Both the position numbers and the translations under genes were made by a program. The notes beneath the pieces are model-generated. The model made no database searches. It saw only the letters and a program-made list of their open reading frames with translations, and was not told the DNA's origin. DNA of 18,128 bases, taken from Ginkgo biloba (lineage: Eukaryota; Plantae; Ginkgophyta). This document shows positions 1-12,840 of the stretch, in pieces (position 1 is the first letter of the stretch; each line of letters opens with the position of its first letter). The stretch lies in NCBI GenBank assembly GCA_024626585.2, contig JANKJI020000002.1, forward strand, positions 674,037-692,164, written 5' to 3'.

Positions 1-149
1 TGCGTTAAAAAAACTTATTCATAAACAAATGTGTCTCCAGAACAAGACTTTTATATTGCCACCTCACCAACTCCTTCAAGAGTTGATTTTTGTTCATTCA
101 CTCATTAATATTTCTTCAATCTATGTTCATTAACTAATTAAACTCTAAT

Positions 150-2135
150 TTCAAGTCAACAATGGCAATTCAAACCACCCCATTTGGAAGAACTTCTAGT
201 ACCTAAAACAGATGCATCCATCTACACCAATATTTCCCTAGAAAGTTATCACAACATGAATCATACAACAACACCCAATCACCTATGAAACGAGTTTTCC
301 TAAACTAATCATACCATTATTGTCCTCTTTGTTCCATGCTCCATGTTCTATTAAACATGCAAGGAAAAACAATGATGTTTTTGTATATACTCTCATAAGG
401 AGCCTTTCCAATAGTTGTCTTCATGGCTACCTAATAAACCCATTCTTTAGATGTTAACATCTTTTCCCACTAATTCTTATGCAAAGACACTACTTTTTGT
501 CACAATCTTCAAGATTTTAATTGAGACCATCCACTTGAAATCTATTGAGAATGCTTAGGAAGATTTCCTATGCCTAATTATATATTCTTTTACTAGCTCC
601 AAAGTGATGTTATTTGAAAAACAAGTTCTTTGATCATTCACCAACTCTATTAGTACTACAACACAATTAAGAATTTATTTGTATAGAAAAGTACACATAA
701 TTGAATCATTTACCTAGTTAATGGACCATTCATTCATAAATTTGGTTAAATAAGCAGTAGATGCCATATGTGTGCATTACCTTCACAAGAATCAAGATTA
801 ATATGAGTGACTAAATAAATACCCTCCTTATCAAAACGTTCAATTGAAGCATAGCATGCAAATTCGTTAGATCTCTCAAACCCAATGTGCCAAAATGCTG
901 ACAAGCACCACAAGCCTCCGCACATTTGTGAGCAACCTTCATATATGATGGACAGCAATATCTTATAGTAAGAATATTATGATCAATTAATTTTCTTGCA
1001 AATAACCAACACACAATTCTAGATGACAAGTCTTCAAATTTGATTCTCTCTCCTTTTTATCCACACATCTTCTCAAAATCCCATGCAAGCCCCTTTAAAA
1101 AGATACCCTTCGATCCAAGTGCAAAACCTAGCCTCCTTAATCACAACTCATCACTGTCAAGAAAAATGAGGAGAAATTTTCCAAAAGCATAAGAAAATNN
1201 NNNNNNNNNNNNNNNNNNNNNNNNNNNNNNNNNNNNNNNNNNNNNNNTTTCTAAAATAGAATTCTAGATAGGATATGATTCTCTTTCCCATCTAACTATT
1301 CATTTGAAAACATCCACCTTATTAAGCATAAAGAAAATGGGAACATGGCTAGTATGAACAACAATATGATACCCTAATAGACAATGTTGAAACTTTAAAG
1401 GAAATTCTATTGCCATAATCTCCTTTGTAACCATGTAATTCCTTTCTGCAAAAGACAAAGGTTTACTAGCATAATAAATTGCATGATCACAACCATTCTC
1501 AACTTGATTATGTACAACTTTCAAAGCAAAGCTAAAGGCATTAATAAGAACATGAAAGCCCAATCCAACCTTGCAAGATTGATGCTTCTAAAAATTTATG
1601 TTTTGGGATATTGAAGCCCTCTTGAAAGAAATCATTCCATTCAAAAAGAGTGTCCTAGGATAAAAGCGAATTTAGAGGTTTGAGAAATTGTATTGAAATC
1701 TCATTGAAACCCCAAAGAATTATCCAACATGTTCATATTCCTTAATCTCTATTTTTGATGAATCCACTAGTATTCCATCCTTGGATATAATATGACCCAA
1801 AACCACACCCTCCCTAACAAATAATTTACTCTTTTCCCTGCCTAAGGATGGCTTCACTTGTTGACAAAGTTGGAAAGCTTCCTCCAAATTATCCTTAGCT
1901 TCCTCCCATGTTTCTCCCATGACAGTGAAATGATCCATGAACACCTCCACATCTTCATGCAATGTATCACTAAGACATTCATGGCCTTTTGAAAAGTAGC
2001 GGTAGCATTATACAACCCGAATGGAAGAACTTTGCAAGCATATGTTCCCACGGAGATTTAAAATGGTTTTAACCTAATCTCCTTCAACAATTCCATTTTG
2101 ATCATATTTACTAGGCCCATCATGGAAAGAAAAGA
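150..2135 (-). mobile_element. Degenerate Ty3/gypsy pol (RT-RNase H-integrase), Athila-like
   Basis: FHDGPSKYDQ..; GTYACKVLPFGLYNATATFQKAMN; EDVEVFMDHFTVMG (FMDD-derived); EKSKLFVREGVVLGHIISKDGILVDSSKIE; RNase H DHAIYYASKPLSFAERNY..KEIMAI; integrase zinc finger CEACGACQ-type CxxC in ORF 811-1029. The left boundary is approximate. Confidence 0.88.
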
Positions 2136-2139
2136 ACGA

Positions 2140-2382
2140 ATGAAAGAAAGAAAATATATCAATGTCCACAAATGACCAAAGATGGTTAATAGGAATGTAA
2201 AAGACAACAAGTACAATAGATCAAGGTAGTGCTTTAAGGCAACTCCTGGTGAAAAGTAAGGATCATAAGTGCTAAGAGTAAAATAAAGAGTAATTACAAT
2301 AATGAAATAAATAAATGTTATCTAGTTGTAGTAGACTCTTAAAAGATCACCATCCCCATCAACTACATAAATTCCCCCAAAG
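2140..2382 (-). mobile_element. Possible polypurine tract (GGGGGAA, ~2378-2372) and start of a 3' LTR (TGTAG at 2367)
   Basis: Lies downstream of the integrase C-terminus above in the same orientation; AT-rich non-coding sequence runs until RT homology resumes at about 2135. Confidence 0.3.
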
Positions 2383-2611
2383 CTTGCCTGAGGATATCAT
2401 TAATAGAACAATCAACAATGTCAGTGGAACTCTGTTGTGCAATCCTAGGGGGCATGTTGTGAGCCCAAATTCAAATTCCAACATGTGCTACTAGACTTGT
2501 GATGATGTAATNNNNNNNNNNNNNNNNNNNNNNNNNNNNNNNNNNNNNNNNNNNNNNNNNNNNNNNNNNNNNNNNNNNNNNNNNNNNNNNNNNNNNNNNN
2601 NNNNNNNNNNN

Positions 2612-4252
2612 CGAGATGCCCCTAATAACCAACGAATGGCAAGTGCTTTTCCTTGTGTAGATCTGAAATAAAAATTATATGATATTAAGGAAAATTCCCA
2701 CCATCTTCAAATGGCCTCCACATTCTCCCATCAAATCCAAAATGGTTGTTGTAGTTGGCATTCATTTTCCATACAATCAAGATTGCTTTGGCATTTACTC
2801 TTCACTATGTCAAGCTTTTATCTAGGCTAGGCTATTATCTGTGAACATTCAAGTTCATGTATTTGCTCATCCAATGATGTTGAGACAATAACCAATAATT
2901 GTTCCACTTCCGTAGTGCAATGATTGGTTACAAACTCTAATAAAGTTTGGCAATGATTCTTGGCTTCAATAAGAATATAATCTTCGATAAGTTAGTTCCA
3001 CCGTGGGCAAATCTCTACTTCATCAACCCATCATCCTTTACACCTTTGGAGGATAGGGACTAGAATTCCCATCATGTGTTGTTAACCATGAGTGGATTTC
3101 ATACTTTCACATGTTGTTTGCAAATCTCAATCATGATTAGAGCCCCATGTTCAATCTAGTTTGGCAATGATGCCATATGTTGAGCACAAATTTTCTAGTT
3201 ACAAATCTAGATTAACATTGAGACTTCAAGAAACATCACATATGCAAAGATACAAGCACATCAATGAACAAGACATTAAAACAACAATAGCCACACAATA
3301 TATGAGAGATACATAAGGGATAATCAAAGCATTGCATAAACATTGATGATGATAACACAAAATAATAAGTGGACCCTTTATATGTAGTGGAAATACTTGG
3401 ACACGAAAGTGGGTAGTCGTCGATGACAGTTGACATACCAAATCACTAATGGTCTCTTGCCAAAAGACAAATCCTATAACTAATTGTCATACAGTAATTG
3501 GGTGATTCCTAGACGTTTGACGACCCCCGAGCATTGTTCAACAATCATCTACTACCATTCTACTACTCCCACAAATGACCTATGATAACTAAGGTTGCTC
3601 CTATCTTATACAACATGTTAGGGTTAACAACACACAAAATAACCACAAACATCTACCACTTTCCCTAAGAATAATTGTCTAACTCATACAAAAGAAACTA
3701 AGTAAGAGGAGCAAAAGGCGATGGTAGTGTCTCTATCAACAATCCTACCGCTAAAGCTATTATTACTATAGGTGTTACTATCATCTCGAGCATCACAAGA
3801 GTCATAACAAGAGCTATTGTTGTTGACATTGTATCCATCAACTTTTCTGAGGATTATGAAGGCCCTCTCCCTATTTTAAAATTTGTCAACTTCTCCAATT
3901 GAATTGCTTTCTTCACCATAATATTAATGGCTTGAGCCACGTTCACCTGCTATTGCTATTCCTTAGCAACAATCTGCTCCCAAAATGTGATATGTCGAAT
4001 TCCTATATAAATTTTTAAAAAAATCGTCTCTAATAGCGTGCATAGACAATTATTGCTCCAAATCTATCTAATATTATGTTTGCAGTCTCACCCCTTACAA
4101 TTCAACCCTACCTTGTGCTCATCTTGAAGAGTGGCTAGCTCCATTTGGGATTGTCAAATGCAACCCTATTTTGTATGAAGCATAGCTAAATGTTGTTGAT
4201 CAAACTAAATAAGCCATGTCAACTCATGTTGCACCTCACAACTCTCAGTCCA
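2612..4252 (-). mobile_element. Very decayed gypsy 3' pol: possible additional (Tat-type) RNase H plus integrase core and C-terminus
   Basis: Weak remnants: IGLHLTIPNG (~4160) and QVNVAQAINYMVK (aRH-like); ISTTYKGSTYYFVL...FDYPL (cf. KGHRYILVATDYFTKWVEAVPL); YGIIAKL; DLPTVELTYRR (cf. KLPTVLWAYRT); a W-GPF-like C-terminus at about 2720-2620. Confidence 0.45.
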
Positions 4253-4399
4253 NNNNNNNNNNNNNNNNNNNNNNNNNNNNNNNNNNNNNNNNNNNNNNNN
4301 NNNNNNNNNNNNNNNNNNNNNNNNNNNNNNNNNNNNNNNNNNNNNNNNNNNNTTAAGTTACCAGTTAGTTTTGAATTAGTTGAAGGTTAGTTGGTAGTT

Positions 4400-7300
4400 G
4401 AAAAGTGCTTGAAGAATAGAATCATTATTTATTGTATCACTCCAATGAAGCAATCAATGAACAATAATTCCATTCTCTCTCCTAATCTGCTATTCTTCCT
4501 TCCTGTTGGTTTGCATCTCAAACTTAATAACATCAAGCATTGTCCGACCCTGCTTTATACAATGGCAAGTTTTATCCAACCCCAAACCAATTGCTCAACA
4601 ATACGCATCGTATATCGCCTAATTTTTAAAAATATTTTTGTATTTTTCTAATCTACCTTTTTTATACCTAGAAGCAATAGATTTACTCTTAACTTCTTTT
4701 TCATGAAATGGGTTCCACAGATATCCTTCTGCCTAAATTCTACTTGGCAACATATAAATATTGTTCTCAGTTGCTCAATTATGAGTGTTACTCAATACTT
4801 AGCCAATTTCTAATAGACTAGAATAATTTGAGTTTCACGATTGTCTTCCTAATATAGAATGATAGCTTTCTTATCATCACCTCTCAATCATTGATGTGAC
4901 TAACAAGGATAATTTTGATCTACTCTATAATTATGTCTCTCCGATTAAAAATTATCAACAAATGTTGACTGAATGTCTTAGCATATCCTTTAGCACTAAT
5001 GATGTTATCACTTCATCTACAATAAGTTCAATACCAACAAATCGAGTTGAAATTTTAGTAAACTTTTGTGGAGTCTCTACAATTGATCTAAATAACGAAT
5101 AATTACAATCCCAATTATGAACCATTTACTGTTTCTGGTAAAGAGCCATCCAAATTACATAATTGTATCACACCATTTTCATAAATCTAGGTTACCACAA
5201 ATGGTCCAAGCCAATGTAGATTAAATATCACATTGCAACATTGTAACCCTACTTGAATATTGTACTTGGTTGATTAGCTTGTTGACCACCTACAACAAAA
5301 CATGATGATCTACAACAAAACACAAATGAATTAACCAATAAGTAATGGCTAAATTTCTAAACGACATATATCATACCATGGGCTTCCCACTTTATGCTAC
5401 CATAATTTTGTTCCACGCTATTTAGTTGTCGACTACCAAAAGAAATTAGATGATCCAACTTATTTGCTCCACCTTGTGAATATATACATCTAATTGCAAA
5501 TTAAGATGCATCAATGTGGATATGAAGATCTTCGTCCCATTCTAAAAAGACCATAATAGGAGCACTCCCCAATTTCATCTTTAGAACCTCAAAAAGTTTG
5601 TTGTCAATTCAATCCCAAAATCAAAATAGTTTGTATAGTAAATCATCCAAGCGATGGTCTACCTTAACGATGTTTTCATATCCGTGAAAGGCTCAAACAC
5701 CATTTGGAACTTTGGATGCTCTATGCACACTATCACACAAAAACCTCGTCCACGTCTATCTTTAATCCTCATGCACAAACAATATGTCCAAGCAATACAA
5801 GGAACAAACATTTACTAGAATTTAATGCCAATCGACCTCGTTCAAAAAATTATGTACACCCTTTGAATGCTTATAGATGTGTAAGCATCGAGTTGTGCAT
5901 AACATATCATCCAAAAATACCTTCACTTTCCCTAAAGNNNNNNNNNNTGTCAAATAATAACTCATTAAAATCTTGTCGGTACATTACATAGACGAAAGGG
6001 CATCTTGTTGTAAGCATAGATCCCATATTCAAATAGGAATGTGGTCTTTGACTCGTCTAGCTTGACACTATTGATATAATTATAGCCCAATAGAAAACAA
6101 TATTGCATGCAACTACCCCCTCCCAAATACTATTAGTAAATGGAATCGAAAATGGATCTTTCTTCGTCATTATGTTTNNNNTTCCAAGAGCCTACACAAA
6201 TTTGCAGTTTGACATTTTTCTTGGAAGGGAGAGACCCAATCACTTATGCTTACCTTGAAATTTATTTCAACACCTAGCCTTTTTATAAACTTGTATTCCA
6301 CCTTACTAGTTACTACGTGCTTCAAATTCATTATATATTCCTTGAAAATATTCAATGTAATTGTGATGAGAGTTGGGTCCCACAATAATCTTCTAAGGAT
6401 TATCATCCATTCCCAAGTTAATTTCTATCACTACAACCCATTTTTAATTTATATTGTCTTCACTTGGAAACACATGTGTTCACTCCATGCCCAACTCTTC
6501 ATGTTGAACTTCTAAAAAGTTACATGTGAATACATTTGTTCCCTCAAGTCAAGCTTCAACATAAAATTACTTATATTCAGTATTATTTATAGCATTAGCT
6601 TGATCATCATGTTTAGTCTAACTAATTTTAAACTTAAAGCATTCAAGTAAAAACATCCCATAACCTACCAATTACCAATGCACCTAAATACTATGCCTTA
6701 CCACTCCATCTTTTGTTAGGGCAAAAGCTACATCATCGAACGACAGACTATCTACATTGACAATCGTGACAATCGAACTCGAACTAAACAGTGTCAATTA
6801 TTCAATCACCATCCACTTCAACAAATCAATACAAACCCAATGTATTTTGTCAGTACTGTTGAATAGCAATTGCTTGTCTCAACTACAATAGTCTTAAGTA
6901 ATGCATAATAAGCGCATTCCCCCAGAGACATCAAAATTTTCACAAATCCACTTTGAAGTCTGACACAATATANNNNNNNNNNCATCAACAATCCTTGTGA
7001 CTCAACTCAACTTTGATATGCCATCATTAGTCTAGATTGTGATGGCGAAAGTGTCAATCGTCCCAAGTTGTCGCAATATAGTCTCCAAAATAATGTTGAG
7101 ACCCAATCCACCATCCAAACAAGTTCAAACCAGTTCACAATCCATTACTCTAATGATATTCTTCGTTGCATAACCTTCTTGTAATTTACTTCTTCATAAA
7201 GAACATGCATATGCAACATTGCCCACAACCACATTGACATTAATTAGGTCCACTAAATGCATATTACAACAAAATTGGGGGTCATCAAAGCTTGTATGGT

Positions 7301-8520
7301 CTCAAACTTCTACACTTCCTCCTTGGCTAATTCTAGTATATTCAAAATGGATGCAATAATTGTTGCCAACTTGACAAGCATTTCCAATTGAAGGTCTTCT
7401 TACCAAATCATTGGTTCACCCCGTCATTGGTAATCTTCATCCCAATCATTTGGTCATTTGTGTTCGAACCTCTCAACATCCTTTCAAATCTCTTGTTCCC
7501 CGTAATTCCTTCTTTTACAAATCCCACTGTGATTTATCAGGGAATCTCCAACTATTCTTTTTCCACTATTGATTGAAGGGAATGTTGCTTAATCTTGGCC
7601 ATACTTTGAGTCTCTAAAGTCTTCATGTGCATAAGGATCTCTTTCTTCAATGAGCTCTTTATACATGAGATAATTCATTTTAACCTTATGCTTCGGGCAA
7701 AGTTTTATCATCATGATCTCACAGTCTACATCATTTACACAATTTTGAACCTCCTTAATTCTATTATGTGAAATACTCGACAAATTGTCCCCATTCTTGA
7801 TATTTGTAACATTGTACAATTGGGCATCTTGACTCTATCTATCGTCTATTCTTTGCATTATAGTTACACTCATCTATACTAAGATTTTTAACTTTACAAA
7901 TGTCAAAATACTGACTCAATTGTGGACATTTGCAATCCACATGATGTTCAACTTTATATTTGATGCACTAAATCTCATTAAGCTCCTCTTGAGAAGACAT
8001 CTTTTTCATCATTCACATCATATCTTATTGTAAAGCTACAATTGAAGATAGCTCCTTGTCTTCTCAAAAACTTTCCCCACCAAAACTATCTTTTCTTCTA
8101 TCAAAAAATTAAATGCTCAATTAACAACTTCCTCGTATTAAATAGGCAAGACCACCTTCATCTTTCATTTTGTTTTTTATGGTTGGCCCTCCATTAACCA
8201 TTGCCACTATAGACCTTTAAACACCTTGGACTCATCCTTCTGTAGTAATGCTTCTAGTTGTTAGTGATACACCCCTACTTCAAATTATCAATCTCATGCA
8301 CAACATCTCTGTCATCCAGCAACTTGTAGTCTTGTTCAAATTCCTTTTGTTGTAACTGCCAATCCTTAATATGATTAGCTACAAATTCTTTGTGCCAACA
8401 ATTAGTGATATCCTCCAATGTTTGTTAAGAATGCCCTCACCCACTGATCTTGATCATTTGGACCATCAACCATCCAAATTATCTAGCAAACTTTACAATA
8501 TCAAGCGAGATCTTCTTTCC
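4400..8520 (-). mobile_element. Highly decayed Ty3/gypsy internal region: gag-protease-RT-RNase H-integrase (non-chromovirus type)
   Basis: Gag-like WQLQQKEFEQDYKLL (~8330); protease LDGGLGLNIILE (from 7118); RT EYIMNLK...SDWVSP, TKKDPFSIPFT, KTTFLFEYGIYAYNKMPFRLCNVP, KVFLDD (FLDD 5906-5917), LNSSKCLFLVLLGHIV; RNase H HIHIDAS*FAI...SFGSRQLNSVEQNY; integrase GTHF (~4710). Domain order is gypsy. Confidence 0.8.
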
Positions 8521-9227
8521 CATTTCTAATGAAGCTAAGCAANNNNNNNNNNNNNNNNNNNNNNNNNNNNNNNNNNNNNNNNNNNNNNNGTCATCATTGG
8601 CACACTTTGCCAACTTGGAACAATTTACTCACTTGACACACTTTAGTCATCAACTTGACACTCTTTGTTGTTTCCTTTGACTATCATCTAATGTTTCGTG
8701 TTCTTAGATTTAAAGGCACAAATTGCCTTGTTGAATCCTCTAATAAACTTTATCAAATTAAGTCATCGATATTCTCCCTTCAATTTGTGCTTCGTCTTTG
8801 TAATTCTCCTTAATACGGCAAATTTTTTGCTTATGCTTCCCCTCAACAATCCCTAATCTTCAACACTTAATCATACATACAAAATCCTTTACATTAGTCG
8901 TCAAGAATGATTCTTAAGACTTTTCTCCCCCCATTAAAATATCTCGAACAACACGATCCTAAGTTTCTCACAAAGCAAATTTCCTAACATCTTTCCACCC
9001 CTATTATTTGGCAAGACATGCCTACCTCCACAGAAGAACTCAAAACTCCTTCCCTTTAATGTTCTCAAGAATTTACTTATGATTCACCTCTAGAATTTCT
9101 ACAAGATCTCTAGGCAAAGGACAACAATGTTGTTGACACAAACAAATGTTATCTAGTGCTTTCAAAGAAAATTTCACCACATTCAAATGACCATCGCATC
9201 CTCTCATCAAATTTGACGAAACCTTTG

Positions 9228-9478
9228 TTGGTAGCAAAGGGGTTCTCATAGGTTAAGGGTATTGACTATGAAGAAACCTTTGCTCCCACAGCAAAGATGA
9301 GCACAATCCGTCTGATTCTAGCCATGGCAGCAGAGTTTGGTTGGAAGGTGCAGCAGATGGATGTGATGAGTGCCTTCCTCATCGGTGAGTTGGAGGAAGA
9401 GGTCTACATGTGCCAACCATAAGGGTTTTAGGTTCCAAGGAGGGAACATTTGATATGCAAGTCGCAAAAGGCCCTTTA
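9228..9478 (+). mobile_element. Ty1/copia reverse transcriptase fragment (pseudogenised)
   Basis: [80 protein letters not shown]: canonical RVT_2 motifs, 3 in-frame stops, no frameshift, cut by the N-gap. Confidence 0.95.
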
Positions 9479-9593
9479 NNNNNNNNNNNNNNNNNNNNNN
9501 NNNNNNNNNNNNNNNNNNNNNNNNNNNNNNNNNNNNNNNNNNNNNNNNNNNNNNNNNNNNNNNNNNNNNNNNNNNNNNAAACTTGAAAGAGGA

Positions 9594-9604
9594 CTCTAAT
9601 ACCA
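9594..9604 (-). mobile_element. tRNA-iMet primer binding site remnant
   Basis: Minus strand ...aatCA-AT-TGGTATTAGAG: 10 of 11 match to TGGTATCAGAG, 2 nt after a CA LTR terminus at 9608-9607. Confidence 0.65.
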
Positions 9605-9606
9605 AT

Positions 9607-10817
9607 TGATTTGTCTTGAATTGATGGATCATTTGAACAACAACTTGATCTATGCAAGCAAAATACATAGAAATCTCAAAGTACAACCAAGGAAAAGATT
9701 TGGAGTTTAGCTCTAATCAAAAAAACTTTCAGATGTTTTGTACAATCTGCAAGATCCTTGCCAAACCAAATTGAAATCCCCCACTTAATCAATGAAGCTA
9801 AAGAGGATCTAAAAACAAATGATAGATTCTCAAGTACAAAATAAACAAGTAGGGAAACATGAAGAGGACACAAAAGCTCTCTTTCTTGAATTCACAAATC
9901 TTATGTGCAAATAATAAATTGACAATTATGAATGAGGACCCTAATATAAAAAATAAATCTATCAATAGAAAGTCTCTAAATAAAAACCCTAATTTCTTAA
10001 AAAAAAATGTATATTTAATTTTACTTAATAAAAATACCTAATTAATTATTAATTAATCTAATTAGCCTAAACTATGATTAATTTACTCACATTAAATAAT
10101 TGTTAATTAAGTGCATCGTATGGCCTTAATTACATAAATACAATAAAATTGTGCAAGTAATTAATGAACAATAATGATATGAAATGAAAATAGATATGCA
10201 AAGATGGAGGCATGACACATCAATTCCTCCCTCCTTAGCCCACAATGGTCTCCATTGTGTTCAGCACCAAGTGTGGAAAAAGATGCTCCAACTAAGCATG
10301 AGAGTACCATTTGGCTAGATGAGGAAGTTGAACATTCTTGCACACTAGATAGGAAGTGACTAAACCGATGTAAGTAATTTGTATTGTAGTGTAAGAGAGG
10401 ATATCATGTTGTAGAAGTTGCTAAAAATTTTGAATGAATTCCTCAAGGCGATCAACTTGTTGGAAAGCAACTTAGGTGTCCACATCATTTTCCAAGGATG
10501 GAGGCTCATACAACTTTAATTGTTCACATTGAACTAGGTGGATGCCCATGTTTGATGGGAAATCAAGCTCAAAAGCATTGGGACCAACCTCTCAAAGAAT
10601 GGTGTCCATATCTAAGAGGTTTGAGTTTGTAATGAAGTTGCGACTGAAACCGTCGCTTGTCCAAATGTACTCAAAACTCTATCTCCCAACTAAAAATGGT
10701 GTGCTACCCTATGTTTGTCATGGAAGGCCTTTTGTTTTTCCTAAGTCCTCACCAATATATCCTAAATATGTGCATGAAGTTATTGTAAATATTGACCAAA
10801 GGCACTAGGTCTATCTT
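9607..10817 (-). mobile_element. Probable 5' LTR of a minus-strand retrotransposon (outer end uncertain or in the gap)
   Basis: Non-coding sequence directly upstream of the PBS, ending in CA, with a very AT-rich (attaattaat) core at about 9940-10160 as often seen in plant LTRs. Confidence 0.45.
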
Positions 10818-11517
10818 NNNNNNNNNNNNNNNNNNNNNNNNNNNNNNNNNNNNNNNNNNNNNNNNNNNNNNNNNNNNNNNNNNNNNNNNNNNNNNNNNNN
10901 NNNNNNNNNNNNNNNNNNNNNNNNNNNNNNNNNNNNNNNNNNNNNNNNNNNNNNNNNNNNNNNNNNNNNNNNNNNNNNNNNNNNNNNNNNNNNNNNNNNN
11001 NNNNNNNNNNNNNNNNNNNNNNNNNNNNNNNNNNNNNNNNNNNNNNNNNNNNNNNNNNNNNNNNNNNNNNNNNNNNNNNNNNNNNNNNNNNNNNNNNNNN
11101 NNNNNNNNNNNNNNNNNNNNNNNNNNNNNNNNNNNNNNNNNNNNNNNNNNNNNNNNNNNNNNNNNNNNNNNNNNNNNNNNNNNNNNNNNNNNNNNNNNNN
11201 NNNNNNNNNNNNNNNNNNNNNNNNNNNNNNNNNNNNNNNNNNNNNNNNNNNNNNNNNNNNNNNNNNNNNNNNNNNNNNNNNNNNNNNNNNNNNNNNNNNN
11301 NNNNNNNNNNNNNNNNNNNNNNNNNNNNNNNNNNNNNNNNNNNNNNNNNNNNNNNNNNNNNNNNNNNNNNNNNNNNNNNNNNNNNNNNNNNNNNNNNNNN
11401 NNNNNNNNNNNNNNNNNNNNNNNNNNNNNNNNNNNNNNNNNNNNNNNNNNNNNNNNNNNNNNNNNNNNNNNNNNNNNNNNNNNNNNNNNNNNNNNNNNNN
11501 NNNNNNNNNNNNNNNNN

Positions 11518-12810
11518 ACACCAAAGTGTCTATCATATCATGAAAATGTGTCTTCTAAAATCTATCCCCTACTAGTTGCTCGTGGAACACATAATTTACC
11601 CACCCTATAGAGATAACCTTCATCCAAATAGTAGACCGAGTGAGGAGTCCCATGGACTTCTAAAGAATGATGAAGAACAATACAGACATCAACAAAGTCA
11701 AGATCATGCTCATAGATATCTCTCCTTAGATACTAGGAGAGAGAAAAGGACAAGCAAACAAATGATAGANNNNNNNNNNCAATTGTCAACTTCTCAAAAG
11801 GTCGATTTCCATGATGTTGAAAAGGCTTACAATTGTTGCCCCGCCCAAGAAGTGAGTTGTCTTATTCTACACCCCCTTTTTTAATCTAATGAAAAGGTGG
11901 AACAGTTGCAGATAAGATGCCCACTTCATAGCTCTATGCTCATGAATCCTAGTTTAAGACTAAAGGAACTACAATGGCTAATGGTCAATGTGGACAACCA
12001 TCTCCTTGCCATGCAAGTAATGGCATCAATATTAAGAGCCTCCACAAAAGCATAGGGCTCTTTGCCATATATGGAATAGTTTCCCTTAATGATGGAGAAA
12101 GATTCTAAACGGTAAACAATAGGCCATCCTCCCTACATGAGCACTACGTCTGTCACGTACTGTGAAACATCTATCTCAACTCCAAATGACAGGCTCAAGT
12201 CTAGACGAGCCAAAATTAGAGCAATGCATAATAAAGCCCTTTATTGTGTTGAAGACCTAGTCAAGGGTTTGAGCTTTTTCGTAAGCTCATGCAATGGAAA
12301 AGCAACATCTAAATATGTTGGAATTTGAACCTTCTATAGAAGCTTGCAAGGCCCAAGAAGCTCCTCAAATCATGCAGATTCGTGCGAGGGGCAAACACCA
12401 CAATACCAAACCTTGCTAGAATCCATGTGCACCCCATGTTAAGCAACCACAAAACCAAGGTAATGTACTACAGTCTAACAAAAGCATGCGTGGCCATATT
12501 GGCATGCAAGCCATGGATGCATAATTGCCCCAAAATTGATCTGACATGCTCAAGATGCTTTGCCCAAGATCCACTGAAAATGAGAATATCATCCAAATAA
12601 ACCATTACAAAATAATCCAAGAAGGGTTAGTGAATATAGTTCATCATCCCTATGAAGATATCCAATGCAATATTCATACCAAAAGGCATGACAATCCACT
12701 CATACAAATTAAAATGTGCTTTAAATGTTATCTTCCAAATATCATCGAGTTTCACTCTAACCTAGTGATTTGAGGTCAATCTTAGAGAAGTATTGGCTCC
12801 CCTATAATTA
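11518..12810 (-). mobile_element. Degenerate Ty3/gypsy pol (RT-RNase H-integrase N-terminus), chromovirus/CRM-like
   Basis: SQYFSKIDLKS; DDIWKITFKAHFNLYEWIVMPFGM; [15 protein letters not shown] (YLDD at 12588-12599); LGLASFYRRF; NYSIYGKEPYA; YLDEGYLYRVGKLCVPRA...RHFG just before the gap. Many stops and frameshifts. The lineage call is tentative. Confidence 0.88.
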
Positions 12811-12840
12811 TGATGCAGGATGATCACCAAATTTTGGCTT

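Noticed and set aside
2447-2466. AGGGGGCA-TGTTG plus-strand PPT/LTR start
   Set aside because: No plus-strand coding region upstream to support it; it conflicts with the orientation of the flanking elements.
10792-11610. 272-aa and 241-aa ORFs, and other X-rich ORFs such as 13793-14171 and 9318-9686
   Set aside because: Artefacts of N-gaps read as open frame.
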